This document shows positions 35,749-48,378 of a stretch of DNA of 64,000 nt, piece by piece. The stretch's first letter is position 1. Every line of letters begins with the position of its first letter. Source of the stretch: Macrostomum lignano (taxonomy: Eukaryota); assembly GCA_002269645.1 (NCBI GenBank), contig NIVC01002367.1:62001-126000 (forward strand), written 5' to 3'. Position numbers and translations under genes: made by a program. Below the pieces are notes generated by a model that saw nothing but the letters and a program-made list of their open reading frames with translations, was not told where the DNA came from and made no database searches.

Positions 35749-36243
35749 CCCTCTGCGTCTCTATTAATATCTATATAATATAATGCGCTAAAAACCTATT
35801 CTATTATTAGCAACTGTTACTATAATTGGTTTGTAGATCATTCTATTATTAGCAGTTGTTACTATAATTAGTACTAGGTAGCATCTATTTATGTAAATAA
35901 TGTGTATAATTAGTAACAAATCATCTATAAATAGATGCGTTTTCACCCCTAAAGATATTAGACAACTATAGTCTATGGCTATCGGTTGTATAAGATTCAA
36001 TCACTAGTAGTTGAGCTACGAAATGAATACTCTATATCTTTAGGGGTGAAATCGCATCTATTTATAGATGATTTGTTACTAATTATACACATTATTTACA
36101 TAAATAGATGCTATCTAGTACTAAATATAGTAACAGTTACTAATAATAGAACGATCTACAAACCAATTATAGTAACAGTTGCTAATAATAGAATCGGTTT
36201 TTTAGCGCATTATATTATATAGATATTAATAGAGACGCAGAGG
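35749..36243. repeat. AT-rich hairpin: ~210-bp near-perfect arms (35749-35958 / 36034-36243), 75-bp spacer
   Basis: Arms are reverse complements (coordinates sum to 71992) with a few mismatches. Confidence 0.93.
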
Positions 36244-36381
36244 GGAGGGAGGCCCCTTGCGCGCACGCTAGTACTAAATCTAGTACTAATTATAGTAACA
36301 GTTGCTAATAATAGAATGAACTACAAACAATACAATACATTTGTCCTATCTCTACCCCCCCCCCCCCCCCACCTTAACTCA

Positions 36382-36440
36382 CTAACCCTAACCCTAACCC
36401 TAACCCTAACCATAACCCTAACCCTAACCGTAACCCTAAC
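36382..36440. repeat. Interstitial (TAACCC)n telomere-like tract preceded by a poly-C run
   Basis: ctaaccctaaccctaaccctaaccctaaccataaccctaaaccctaaccgtaaccctaac. Confidence 0.9.
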
Positions 36441-37801
36441 AACAACCAAATATAATTCTGGGGGATCGCTGCGCTAGCTCGAGAAATGTGAAATTTCTCT
36501 AAGTGTCAAAATTATTTTGACTTAGAAAATTTTCGAGCCGAAAAAATTTTTTTATTTCATTTCGTCTAATGAAACGTATGCTGCTGCATGTGGGTAATTT
36601 TTCACGCAAACTGTACCTCCGCTAATCTGTCGAATGAAACGTATGCTGCTGCTGTTTTTGGATAACTTATCTGGGGAAGCGCCAGCAGGTTAGTTTATTG
36701 GAAAATTTATCCGTGGAAGCCTCTAAGTGTGCCCCCCCTCAGCACCACTCTGACAATGTGCCTGAGCGATAACAGGTTTGTTTCCTGGAAAATCTATCTA
36801 GGAAAGCATGATTTCTATCTTGGAAAAAACTGCCTGGGGAAACCGCAAACTGGGGGGGGGAATGGTTAGAGGGGCCCGTCCGTATAGGAGGTAACTTATC
36901 TTGGGTTAGCCTAATGCTTACTGATCTGCCTGCTCCCTGCCTGCTTAATCCGTCTAGTGAATATCAGGTTGGTTTCTTTCTTGGAAAATCTGTCTGGGAA
37001 AACCGCAAACTGTACCTCCGCTAATCTGTCGAATGAAACGTATGCTGCTGCTGTTTTTGGATAACTTATCTGGGGAAGCGCCAGCAGGTTAGTTTATTGG
37101 AAAATTTATCCGTGGAAGCTTCTAAGTGTGCCCCCCCCCTCAGCACCACTCTGACAATGTGCCTGAGCGATAACAGGTTTGTTTCCTGGAAAATCTATCT
37201 AGGAAAGCATGATTTCTATCTTGGAAAAAACTGCCTGGGGAAACCGCAAACTAGCTTTTGATTCAAACTATGCACTCTTGTAGGCATTAGTAAATCAGTT
37301 AAAGGCATAGACAACATTAATTGATTCAGTATACAAGTGCAGCTATACTGTTTCAGTTGACCTTCAACTTTAAACTGTACTTAGAGACGCTCTGAATTGG
37401 CAATTTTCCATTCAATCCATAGATACAAGTTTCCTATACAGGGCGCATACACTCATGGAATGCTATAATATACAATCTGGAGTGGAAATATCGTAGGTTG
37501 AACCATAGACAATTGTCTGTTAGTCAGTTGTATTCTATATTTGCACATAGTATTGCATTTAGAAGTAAAGCGAGATTCCAATCCATTATACTAGCTATAG
37601 AACTCCTTGTTACATGCGCGCTCGATTTATCAAGTGCACACTGTACAAAATAGACAGTTAATTATCAGACTATGTTAACACATAGACATTTTTATTGACT
37701 TAAAACTCTACTTAAAGCTCGATTAATCAGTCTGAGTCCTCTCTCGCATTTTTTCTCTCCGTCGCTATCTCTCACCTATATAGCAACAAATACAATTCAA
37801 C

Positions 37802-38042
37802 ATGCAACGGCAGCCTACTGACAACAACGTTACCGGTTGCGGAGATGGTGCTACGCGAACTATACCGAATCGACTAGTCACCATCGTAAACAACCTGTGG
37901 TCAACGGTGCTGTCGTTTGTATCAGATACATCGGCCACCGACAATGTACAACAAGATGCTGCTATCGAGTTGTGCAATACGGCTGCCGATTGTAATGTAG
38001 ATGCCGGTGCTGCCAATGCTGTTGCTGCTGATACTGCTGCTG

Positions 38043-38086
<44 letters not shown>

Positions 38087-41027
38087 AATGGTAATGGTTC
38101 TACTGCTGCTGCTGCTGCTGGTGGTGGTTCTACTGCTGCCGATGCTGATACTGATGATGCTGAGGCTGCTGCTGAACCGTCTACAGTGCCAAAGTCGCAT
38201 ACTCCTACGCCTGATGTGTCCGCTCATACACCGGTTGTGTGGCGTGACAGCACCATCGACGAGGACGATCATGCGAATAGAATTGTTGCCACCTTTTCTC
38301 CGGCTGCATCATTCTCGACTGGCGATCTCATTGGCGAGTTTTGTCGAGCATCGACTCCAAAACAATCGTCAGCCGCGGCGAATGACTTACTCAACGCGTC
38401 TATCTCGTCAGTCAACAGTCAGCTGTTATTCTGCAATGACGACGAGTTTATGCGCGATGTAGAACCGGCAGCCAATAATGGCAACAAAAGTGAGTAGAAA
38501 ACGATTATATTTTATCAATATATCTAAGCTTAACTAGTTCAAATGATTGATAGACACAGGTCTGTTATACATGAGCGTTTGAATTGACTGATTGATTGAT
38601 TGATTGATTGTTTGTTTGCTTGGTTTGTTGAATGAAAGGATTAAATTGTATAAATTAGCGTCTTTTTTTTTAACAAATAATTATCACAGGGCCGAGTGTT
38701 CAAGATGGCGCGTCGTTTGCTTCGCCGACGAGCAAACCAAGTTGTAAAAGGCGACGTCAACAGCTAATGCGCTCCGACTGCGAACTTGTATCAGATGCAT
38801 CTTCGTCATCACAGTTGTCGAGCGCAAAGCCGTCGCCCTATCAACGACACACTGGAAAATCGCCAGACGATACGCGGCGATCTGATGCGTCCAGTAAAAT
38901 AGACGCGCCCAATCATCGGATGACCATAGCATCAGCCCGTAGACCGAATCGGACGATATTGTCCAGCAGCAGTGCCTCTGGCGGTTCTGTTAGCTCGCAT
39001 ACGATCGATCGTATCCGGTCACACGCATTGTCACGCCATGCGTCTGCCTCGAATACGGCGACAATGAGAGACAATGCATTGGCTGCGATAAGAGCGAGAT
39101 GTGAGAAGAGGGCAATGTGTGTACAGTCGCCATCAACAACGGGTGCAGCGGCGGCGGCGGCGGCGGAGACGATTGATTCGGCAGCGACTATGACACCGGC
39201 GATGGCGGCGTCGGCGGCGGCGGCGGCGGCGGCGGCGGCGAATGACTCATCGTCAATCCGTAGTCAATCGCTGACACAGTTGTCTGTCGATGACATCGGT
39301 TTGACTGATGCAGCCGGTCTAGCCGCAAACACCACCGCGTATGCCAATAGAAACGCGCGTCCGACTGTCCCAAGGAGTGTACAACCCGGATACGCACTAG
39401 CCTCCGGGCCAATACGTTTCTATCGAAATCGGGACGTCGAGCCGCTTAACGCATTTTCGAGCGAAGACCGTTACGCACTCAACTCAACGCGGATACACCA
39501 CGTCGTGGAACTGTCCGGTGTGCTTGATGCTGACCAGCTTAAAGTGCGATTATACACGGCATTGCGCGGTCGAAGTAATGCGCTTGTTGTCGCCAATCTA
39601 ACTGGAAATTCGCCCAACATGCTGGATGACGATGAACAAATCCATAGGGCGCTTAATCGTCACCGACAATCTAGGCGTGTGGTTGAAGACGATCTGGATC
39701 ATAACTGGTGCGGAGTTACGTTGTACATGCAAACACCACGCAGCATGTCTGGCTACCAGTTATATACCATCATTCACCAGATACTGTCTACAGACCCGAA
39801 TATCCAGTATTTAGTAAGCGACAACGATTGCAGAATCCTTATCGCCGGCGTCCGAAATGTCAAGGCTGCGTTAGGCTCAGTTACAAGACACGATGGTTGC
39901 GCCGTGCTACGTAATGTAAATATGTCCGACTGTAGCATGCTCGTGTCAGCGTATCATTGGATCGAAACTCATAGCGAATTAGTAGTCACACCAGATCCAG
40001 ATGACGATTTTCTGATGCGCCACGTTTCGTGTAAGCACGAGATGATTCGTCTTTTTCAACGCGTACAGAAGATTCGTCGAATTAATCTAGAGCGTCTCAT
40101 TGGTTGCGCGTGCTGTGCTCATTTTATAAATCGGCATACTCGCGATCGTACCATCACCGACGTCTCTGATGACAACCATTCGACGACGACTGGTGTTGAC
40201 AATCGGACCAATGAACGCGAGGCTGATGCCATTAATCAGACTAATGTTGCTGCCGACGCCACCGCCGCCGTCGCTACCGACAACGCCTGCACCGCCGACA
40301 ACAATGCCGCCATTGCCGCCGCCTGCGCCGACGCTGATGTACAAATTGTCGACAGACCGCTATTTGAACGACGACGCGGATGTCCAACGATGCGAGCCGT
40401 GTGCGAAGCTCTCCGCCAACGCAAAGGTGTGGTGTACCTATGGGGGCCGCCTGGTGTTGGCAAGACTCACAGCGTAGCTGCGCACTGCGGTGACAATCGT
40501 GTTGTCAATATAGTCCCGTCACGAACTACAGCCAACACGTTTTTATTCGATCCGTTGGACATCGCTGTACATCGCGTCCTGTTCATAGACGAGGTTCGAC
40601 CAGAGCTGTTCGATTCAAAGTCTGACGCTATGGTGAGTAAATTAGTACATAATTGTTGATTGTTGATAATAAATTATGCAAATTTATGTAATTTATCAAT
40701 ATTGTTGATATTGATTTATGTTAATGTTTATTGTCCATCGTGCAGGTTCCGCTCCTACGGTTGATCAATGGAGACACCTTCAATGTCAACCAGAAGTATC
40801 AATCGATAGTGAGTCACCATTGGCGAGACAGACTACTCGTCCTGGCTGGTCACGACCCTGTGAATGCGTACAGCCCCGATGTACAAAGACGTCTTCGGCA
40901 TGGGCACACATTGCAAGGTCGACTCGTCTCGGTGCTGCACGTTGGGCATCCGCTATATGGGACGTACGACTGTGACGGGACGTGCGAGCCTGTACGAGAT
41001 CTAACAGGTGATCCCATACGCGATTGA
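37802..41027 (+). CDS. Spliced ~970-aa protein with low-complexity N-terminus and C-terminal Rep-like/SF3 helicase (CRESS/parvovirus NS1-like); exons 37802-38489, 38690-40632, 40746-41027
   Basis: GTGAGT...CAG introns 38490-38689 and 40633-40745 join three ORFs in frame (2913 nt, no stops). Walker A GPPGVGKT, Walker B VLFIDE, B'-like LINGDTFNVNQKY, motif C-like LVLAGH, Arg finger VQRRL. Confidence 0.85.
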
Positions 41028-42087
41028 TTGCGGTGCCCGACTGTTTGTTTTAAATTTCGCGGCATTAATAGCAGCAGTAGCAGCAGCAGCATCAGCATTA
41101 TATCAGCATTTATTATAGCAGCATTTCTAGCAGCAGCAGCAGCAGCAGCAGCAACATATTAACAGATTATGTATTTTATAGATTAGATGTATATATTATT
41201 TTTCCAATTAATTTAACTATCCCAGTCAATATGAGACTGATTATGAAATAGCTAGGGCAACAAAATAAGCTAGCAGATATTTTTATCTCAATCAATTCTT
41301 CTTTTAATATCTCCTTCCTTGTGTCCATTCTAATACTCGTAGTTGACAGAAAGTACATTTTCTTGTGAGAGTTTGTGTAATCTGGTTTGACACATAGACT
41401 AAATTGTATGAGAATGAAATGTGTGAACCTGCTAGTTGTCTATGGTAATCAGTCGACATTCTAATAATCTGAATATCGACATCTCAATAGCTGAACATGT
41501 CTGTTTGTAGTGGCTAGCATGGTCGGTGCATGCGGGTGAACATAAATGTTTGCATTTGTGAGTATGGTCGGTGCACACTGGTGAACAGGACTGTTTGCAT
41601 GCAGTGGCGATTTTAATCGGTGCACATGGCTGGTTGCAGTGGCGAGCATGGTCGATGCACACGACTGACTGTTAAAACTGGAAAATTATTGAGATAAACC
41701 AACTGACATCTGTATATTAATTAGTAAGTAGGGAAAAAATCACAATGTTTTATATGTTGCTTCTGCCATTTTTTAATCGTTTGTACATATATATATACAT
41801 ATATTATTTATTTATGTGATTATATTTTTGCTCGTGGCTTGTACATACTATTGTATCCATAGTTGATTGGTTGACTTTGTTTCAAAGTGGTCAATTTGTT
41901 GTTTTGTTAAATACTTGTATGTGTACAGTGCGTGCCGTTACCGTTATGCATACGTTATAAAATTTGTTTGTATAATATTTAAGTGGTTTATTGACCAATA
42001 TTCCGTTGCTGGTTGTTGGTGCCAAAACTTTGTCCAAGACATGCACACACACACAAATTCATATGGGTCAATGTTTTAGTCATGGCC

Positions 42088-43578
42088 GGTCACATCACCA
42101 TTCAATTTGGTCGCATCACCATTCAACTTGGTCACATCACCAATCAGCCTGGGTCTCATCACCAGTCAGCCTGGGTCACATCACCAGTCAGTCAGTGTCA
42201 CATCACCAGTCAGTCTGAGTCATATCACCAGTCAGTCTGGGTCACATCACCATTCAGTCTGTTTCACATCACCAGTCAGTCTGGGTCACATCACCATTCA
42301 ACTGGGTCACATCACCATTCAACTTGGTCACATCACCATTCAACTTGGTCACATCACCAGTCAACTTGGTCACATCCCAAGTCAACTCGGTCACATCCCA
42401 ATTCAACTTGGTCACATCACCATTCAACTGGGTCACATCACCGTTCAACTTGGTCACATCACCATTCAACTCGGTCACATCACCAGTCAGTCAGGTCACA
42501 TCACAAGTCAACTCGGTCACATCACCAGTCAACTCGGTCACATCACCAGTCAACTCGGTCACATCACCAGTCAACTCGGTCACATCACCAGTCAGTCAGG
42601 TCACATCACAAGTCAACTCGGTCACATCACCAGTCAACTCGGTCACATCACCAGTCAACTCGGTCACATCACCAGTCAGTCGGGTCACATCACCAGTCAG
42701 TCGGGTTACATCACCAGTCAGTCTGGTTACATCACCAGTCAGTCAGGTCACATCACCAGTCATGTCACATCACCAGTCAGGTCACATCACCAGTCAGTCA
42801 GGTCACATCACCAGTCAGTTGGGTCACATCATCAGTCATTAAGGTCACATCACCAGTCAGTCGGGTCACATCACCAGTCAACTCGGTCACATCACCAGTC
42901 AGTCGGGTCACATCACCAGTCAACTCGGTCACATCACAAGTCAACTCGGTCACATCACCAGTCAGTCGGGTCACATCACCAGTCAGTCAGGTCACATCAC
43001 CAGTCATGTCACACCACCAGTCAGGTCACATCACCATTCATTAAGGTCACATAACTAGTCAGTCGGGTCACATCACCAGTCAACTCGGTCACATCACCAG
43101 TCAGTAGGGTCACATCACCAGTCAACATGGTCACATCACCAGTCAGTCAGGTCACATCACCAGTCAACTCGGTCACATCACCAGTCAGTCGGGTCACATC
43201 ACCAGTCAACTCGGTCACTTCACAAGTCAGTCGGGTCACATCACCAGTCAGTCGGGTCACATCACCAGTCAACTCTGTCACATCACCAGTCAGTCGGGTC
43301 ACATCACCAGTCAACTCGGTCACATCACAAGTCAACTCGGTCACATCACCAGTCAGTCGGGTCACATCACCAGTCAACTCGGTCACATCACAAGTCAACT
43401 CGGTCACATCACCAGTCAGTCGGGTCACATCACCAGTCAGTCGGGTCACATCACCAGTCAGTCAGGTCACATCACAAGTCAACTCGGTCACATCACCAGT
43501 CAACTCGGTCACATCACCTGTCAGTCGGGTCACATCACCAATCAGTCGGGTCACATCACCAGTCAGTCGGGTCACATC
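42088..43578. repeat. 21-bp satellite (GGTCACATCACCAGTCAGTCG / ...CAACTC)
   Basis: Direct reading. Confidence 0.97.
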
Positions 43579-44231
43579 GATAGATCAACAAATTAGTAAT
43601 CTTAATTAACTGTCAAACTTGTCCTCATAGATGCCAACGGTGTGTGATTATAATTGTCAATGTTGCTTTGCTAGTGAATGTAATCAAAACTGCTAACATT
43701 GTGTAAGTATATATGTATGTATATATGCGTGTGTGCGTGTATGCGTCTCTTTGTCAAAGCTTTGCTCAATTGAGTCAAATCTGAGTACACTATTTATATT
43801 CGATATAACAGAAAAAAAAGAAAAAATCCAAACCAGCATACGAACAACGGATAATAACTGTCAATAAGCTGATTAAAATTTTCGTTGAAATATAATATAG
43901 TTTAAAAAAAAATTATATTTACAAATGTGAGCCATTCTTTTTTATTGTTTTACATTTTTTCCGTATTGTCAGATGTAGACTATTTTGAATCATAATAAAG
44001 TCAGTCAAATAGTCTGAGAAGGCACCGCGTCTGGACGAGGCAGCGTCTGATGAACTGGTTGACCGATTGTTGGTCGTTGACTGTGAATACACTCCATTAT
44101 GTTGGATCCACTTGCACACCAATGTGATGGTCACACGCGCTGTCGGAAATTGATTGGGTAGCGATATGCTGCTGTAAGACATTCATTTAGAATGGACTGC
44201 TAACCTAACATACACAATTGTACATGTGATG

Positions 44232-44339
<108 letters not shown>

Positions 44340-44645
44340 AATAAACAGCGATATAGAATATAGAATATAGAATATGACATGCTCAACAATGACTAACCTG
44401 ATTCCAGTCGGCTGTGTGTAATTCGTTCAACCCAGCTATAATCCATTTGGTTGTTTGTTCTATGCTCTGTCTGCTGTACACTGCGTGCGCAGCAGCATTT
44501 TATTGTTGAATCAAACGTAAAAGCGAATCTTAGATATATTGATAAAATATAATCGTTTCTACTCACTTTTGTTGCCATTATTGGCTGTCGATTCTACATC
44601 GCGCATGAACTCATCGTCATTGGCGAATAACAGGATAAGTGGTCC

Positions 44646-44649
<4 letters not shown>

Positions 44650-44727
<78 letters not shown>
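44650..44727. repeat. (CT)n microsatellite
   Basis: Direct reading. Confidence 0.98.
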
Positions 44728-44731
<4 letters not shown>

Positions 44732-45359
44732 CGGTTTAGGCGGGTTAGCTATTTTGGCTTTCTTTTCTCTGTGGTCCAAACTAGACAGACTGTTGCAAAT
44801 ATCACACCCGTTCAGCCAGTTTATCGATCTTATCAGAGCCTGAAATGCGCAGTCAATGTAATGTTTTTCACTGACTGTTTGGTTGAGTGTACATAAGCTT
44901 ATGGGGTGCAAAGTGTGTGGCAGGCAATGAATAGCTTTGTGTTTAGCCATTAGGAGCTTCTGTGTAATATAATATAAAATAGACTGTCTGTCCCGTTCTT
45001 TTCACAGAAAATAAAAAAATCGATAAAACGGTTAACCATAGACTATGCAAATCAGTATCAGACTTACTCTAAAACCTGTTTTGTTTTTACAGTTTGTATT
45101 GAAGACCGAAGGATGTTTTTTATTTGTCTTCTCTTTGATTTCAACACCGTACAGTTCTTCGCATATACCCTCTTACGGCGCTGTTATAAAAGAGACCCCT
45201 TCTGTCTGGCGAGAGCTAACTAGTCCAATCAAGACGAAGAAACGCGTATTGAATCAAATTCGACTATGCTGTTTTGACAAACACGTTGTTAGTTCGAACT
45301 TCGGGCACCTCGCATCAATTCTACATAATTCGACTTCTGTAGGAGGCTTCGACCAGACT

Positions 45360-45490
45360 ACCATTGCTGTTGCTAATACTACTGCTGCTACCACCACTAC
45401 TACTACTACTACTACTGCTGCTACTAGTACTACTACTACTACTACTACTACTACTATTACTACTGCTACTGCTGCTGCTACTATTGATGC
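45360..45490. repeat. (ACT/GCT)n trinucleotide repeat
   Basis: Direct reading. Confidence 0.9.
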
Positions 45491-45619
45491 TATGCGCGGT
45501 GATTTCGTATGCTTTTGTACAATCTGTACAATCAACCGGCTGTGGCGTCTGCATCGTTTGTTGCTACTGTCACTTTGGCCTGTACTACGTCTAGACATTC
45601 GACTGACTGACTGACTGTA

Positions 45620-46015
45620 TTGACTACAATCTATTGATATATGGCTCAACTGCGCCAATAGTTCGGCGTATATGTCCAATTTCTATGCGTCGCATCGGTC
45701 GCTCGGCGCGAATCAGGCTAACAATATGAGCAGTCCCGTGTGTGACAACCCATTGACAGACTAGTGCTCGACTAATCGTATATTTCTGCGTATTGATAGA
45801 CCCGACTGCGTCGGCAATAGCAAACTTGCCAGAAATATCGTTGACTTGCTTGTTGAGCAATAATTTTGCTGGCGCATATTCTATATATTCAAATGTGTGT
45901 AGACCTTCAAATCGGCTCTCCTCCGGCTGGTTGTCCGCTGTCGTTTTGATCTGCTGCGCACTGCGTCGTTTCCATGTATCATACAGACCCGTCCATTGTA
46001 TATTCGTCCGTATAT
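45620..46015 (-). pseudogene. Decayed paralog fragment of the unknown gene at 56904-57740
   Basis: KQVNDISGKFAIADAVGS vs QQVNDVAGRFAIADADGS (13/18 identical). Confidence 0.55.
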
Positions 46016-46029
46016 CTTCAAATCTTCAA

Positions 46030-46800
46030 ACAATTCGCGACCGCCAGTCCATATATGCCAGCCGGTGATCGTAGTGACAGGGCGCTGGCACGCGAATCGC
46101 GCCTACCGAACTGCGCCGTGTTGTGCGCGACTGCTCCGAATGTCAGGTGACCCGACGGTGCTGCGGTTTGGCTCCGGTCCAGCGCGTCGTCGTGTGTACT
46201 GTTGACGACGACACATCGCGACTGACCGGCTGTCCAACCCGCGGACGGTTTCGACACCTGACAATTTGCGACCGCCAGTCCGTGTATGCCAGTCTGTGGT
46301 CGTAGTGGCAGGGCGCTGGAACACGTATAGTGCCTGCTGAACGGCGCCGTGTTGTGCGCGACCGCTCCAAGTGTCAGGTGACCCGACGGTGCTGCGGTTT
46401 GGCTCCGGTCCAGCGCGTCGTCGTGTGTACTGTTGACGACGACACATCGCGACCGACCGGCTGTCCAACCCGCGGACGGTTTCGACACCTGACAATTTGC
46501 GACCGCCAGTCCGTGTATGCCAGTCTGTGGTCGTAGTGGCAGGGCGCTGGCACACGTATCGTGCCTGCTGAACGGCGCCGTGTTGTGTGCGACCGCTCCA
46601 ATTGTCAGGTGACCCGACGGTGCTGCGGTTTGGCTCCGGTCCAGCGCGTCGTCGTGTGTACTGTTGACGACGACACATCGCGACCGACCGGCTGTCCAAC
46701 CCGCGGACGGTTTCGACACCTGACAGTTGCGACCGCCAATCCGTATATGCCAGTCCGTGGTCATAGTGGCATGGCGCTGGCACACGTATCGTGCCTGCTG
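46030..46800. repeat. 231-bp GC-rich tandem repeat, ~3.3 copies
   Basis: GTCAGGTGACCCGACGG at 46142, 46373 and 46604. Confidence 0.96.
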
Positions 46801-46869
46801 ATCTAGGTAGACCAGTCTGTGATCGTACCGACACGTCGCTGTTGTCGGCCGTCTACTCATTCAAACGCA

Positions 46870-47150
46870 TAGGCCTTCAAATCGGCCCGTATACAATTGA
46901 CTGTCCAAATTCCTGCATGTCGCATTGATCGCTCGGTACGAAATCTGCCTAACAATATGAGCAATCCTGTGAGTGACAACCCCATTGACAGACTGCATCT
47001 CGTATATGGTTCTGCTATAAAAAAAATATTCATCCGCTCTGGTATGCCTAGTAACCCCAAATATTCGTCGTATATTTCTATATATCGATAAACCCGGCTG
47101 TGTTGGCAATAGCAAACTTAATATTGATATTTGTGGATGAGTTTTTTGGT
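46870..47150 (-). pseudogene. Second decayed copy related to 45620-45900
   Basis: Shared GCAATAGCAAACTT, GACAACCC(C)ATTGACAGACT, CTAACAATATGAGCA and CCTTCAAATCGGC blocks. Confidence 0.5.
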
Positions 47151-47965
47151 AGAATCGTTTTTTTATAGTTATTATTTTATTCAAGTTTGATATAACAAAC
47201 CCGTAAGCTTGTCGTTCCATCCGGATTTGTTTCTTTTGTCTGCCTATTGTGGGACAATATTATATACTCTAACCAATATATTAATCAGTGTAATTAATAA
47301 TGTTATCCTCTTGTTGTATATTCGAAGCGAGGTGCATGCTTTCTTTATATTATAACAATATTTTGAATAAGTTTTCATAGTTTCACTTTGGTCTCACGCG
47401 CTCTGTCTTGTATTCTCGTATCGGCCAGCCAGCCAGTCTGCCAGCCAACCAGATCTCGCAAATAAACATGCAAAGCTACAAACAAACAAACAAACAAACA
47501 AACAAACAAACGATGTTAGACTCGTTTTTCCGCGAATGTTAATGAATTAATCAAATATATATATATATGGATTGGAATTGTTTATTAGAATTTATTGAAT
47601 TCATAAACTTCGTACGTGTATTTAATAATCAACGGGATATAGTGTATAGATAGTGTATAGTGGTTAGTGAGGGAGATGGAGATAGAGAGAGTGGATATAT
47701 GTGCAGAAAAGAAGCTCGATTGATTGGAGATGTGATAGTACGAGGCACTCGTTATAGACGCGGACAGGAATATACAATATATAGACTCGCATATCCAGAC
47801 TCACTACTCAGATAGTTGTATTGATCGGTAGCTACCATTAAGATAATGGATGACTAGAACTGTAGATGGATAACGAAATGCATGCATGCACACATGTATA
47901 CACGCACGCAGTCAACGATGAGGGGAAAGACACGATATGCATGCTATGTATGTAGAAACGGGACA

Positions 47966-48378
47966 GTGAATGAGCGAACGAGTGAGTGAATGAGTGAGTG
48001 AGTGAATGGACGAGTGAGTCAGTGAGTGAGAGAGAAGTGAGCGAGTGAGTGAGTGAGTGATTGAGCGAGTAAGTGAGTGAATGGATGAGTGAGTGAGTGA
48101 GCGAGTGATTGAATGAGTGAGTGGGTGAGTGGTGAGTAGGTGTGTGAGTGGTGAGTAAGTGAGTGAGTGAGTGAGTGAGTGAGTGATGAGTGAGTGATTG
48201 AGTGAGTGAGTGAATGAGTGAGTAAATGAACGAGTGGTTGAGTGAATGAGTGAGTGTGTGAGTAATTGAGTGAGTGAGTGCGTGAGTGAGTGAGTGAGTG
48301 AGTGATTGAGTGGGTGAGTGAGTGAGTGATTGAGTGAGTGAGTGGGTGAGTGAGTGATTGAGTGAGTGGGTGAATGAT
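47966..48378. repeat. (GAGT)n microsatellite
   Basis: Direct reading. Confidence 0.95.

Larger units (their letters stand above)
34945..37251. mobile_element. Composite inverted-repeat (fold-back/MITE-like) element with (TAACCC)n
   Basis: 35156-35298 is inverted at 36456-36599; 34945-35149 is inverted at 36852-37056; 36606-36851 is directly repeated at 37005-37251. Confidence 0.65.

Noticed and set aside
37922-38462. Poly-Leu and poly-Ser ORFs in alternative frames (also 45045-45679)
   Set aside because: Shadow frames of (GCT)n/(ACT)n tracts.
41432-41662. Cys/His-rich minus-strand ORF resembling a metal-binding peptide
   Set aside because: TTG start, short, and explained by a degenerate ~42-bp repeat; no splice or start support.
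42013-43609. His/Ser/Thr-rich ORFs (also 50280-51003 and 28107-28647)
   Set aside because: Translations of short satellites whose monomers lack stop codons.
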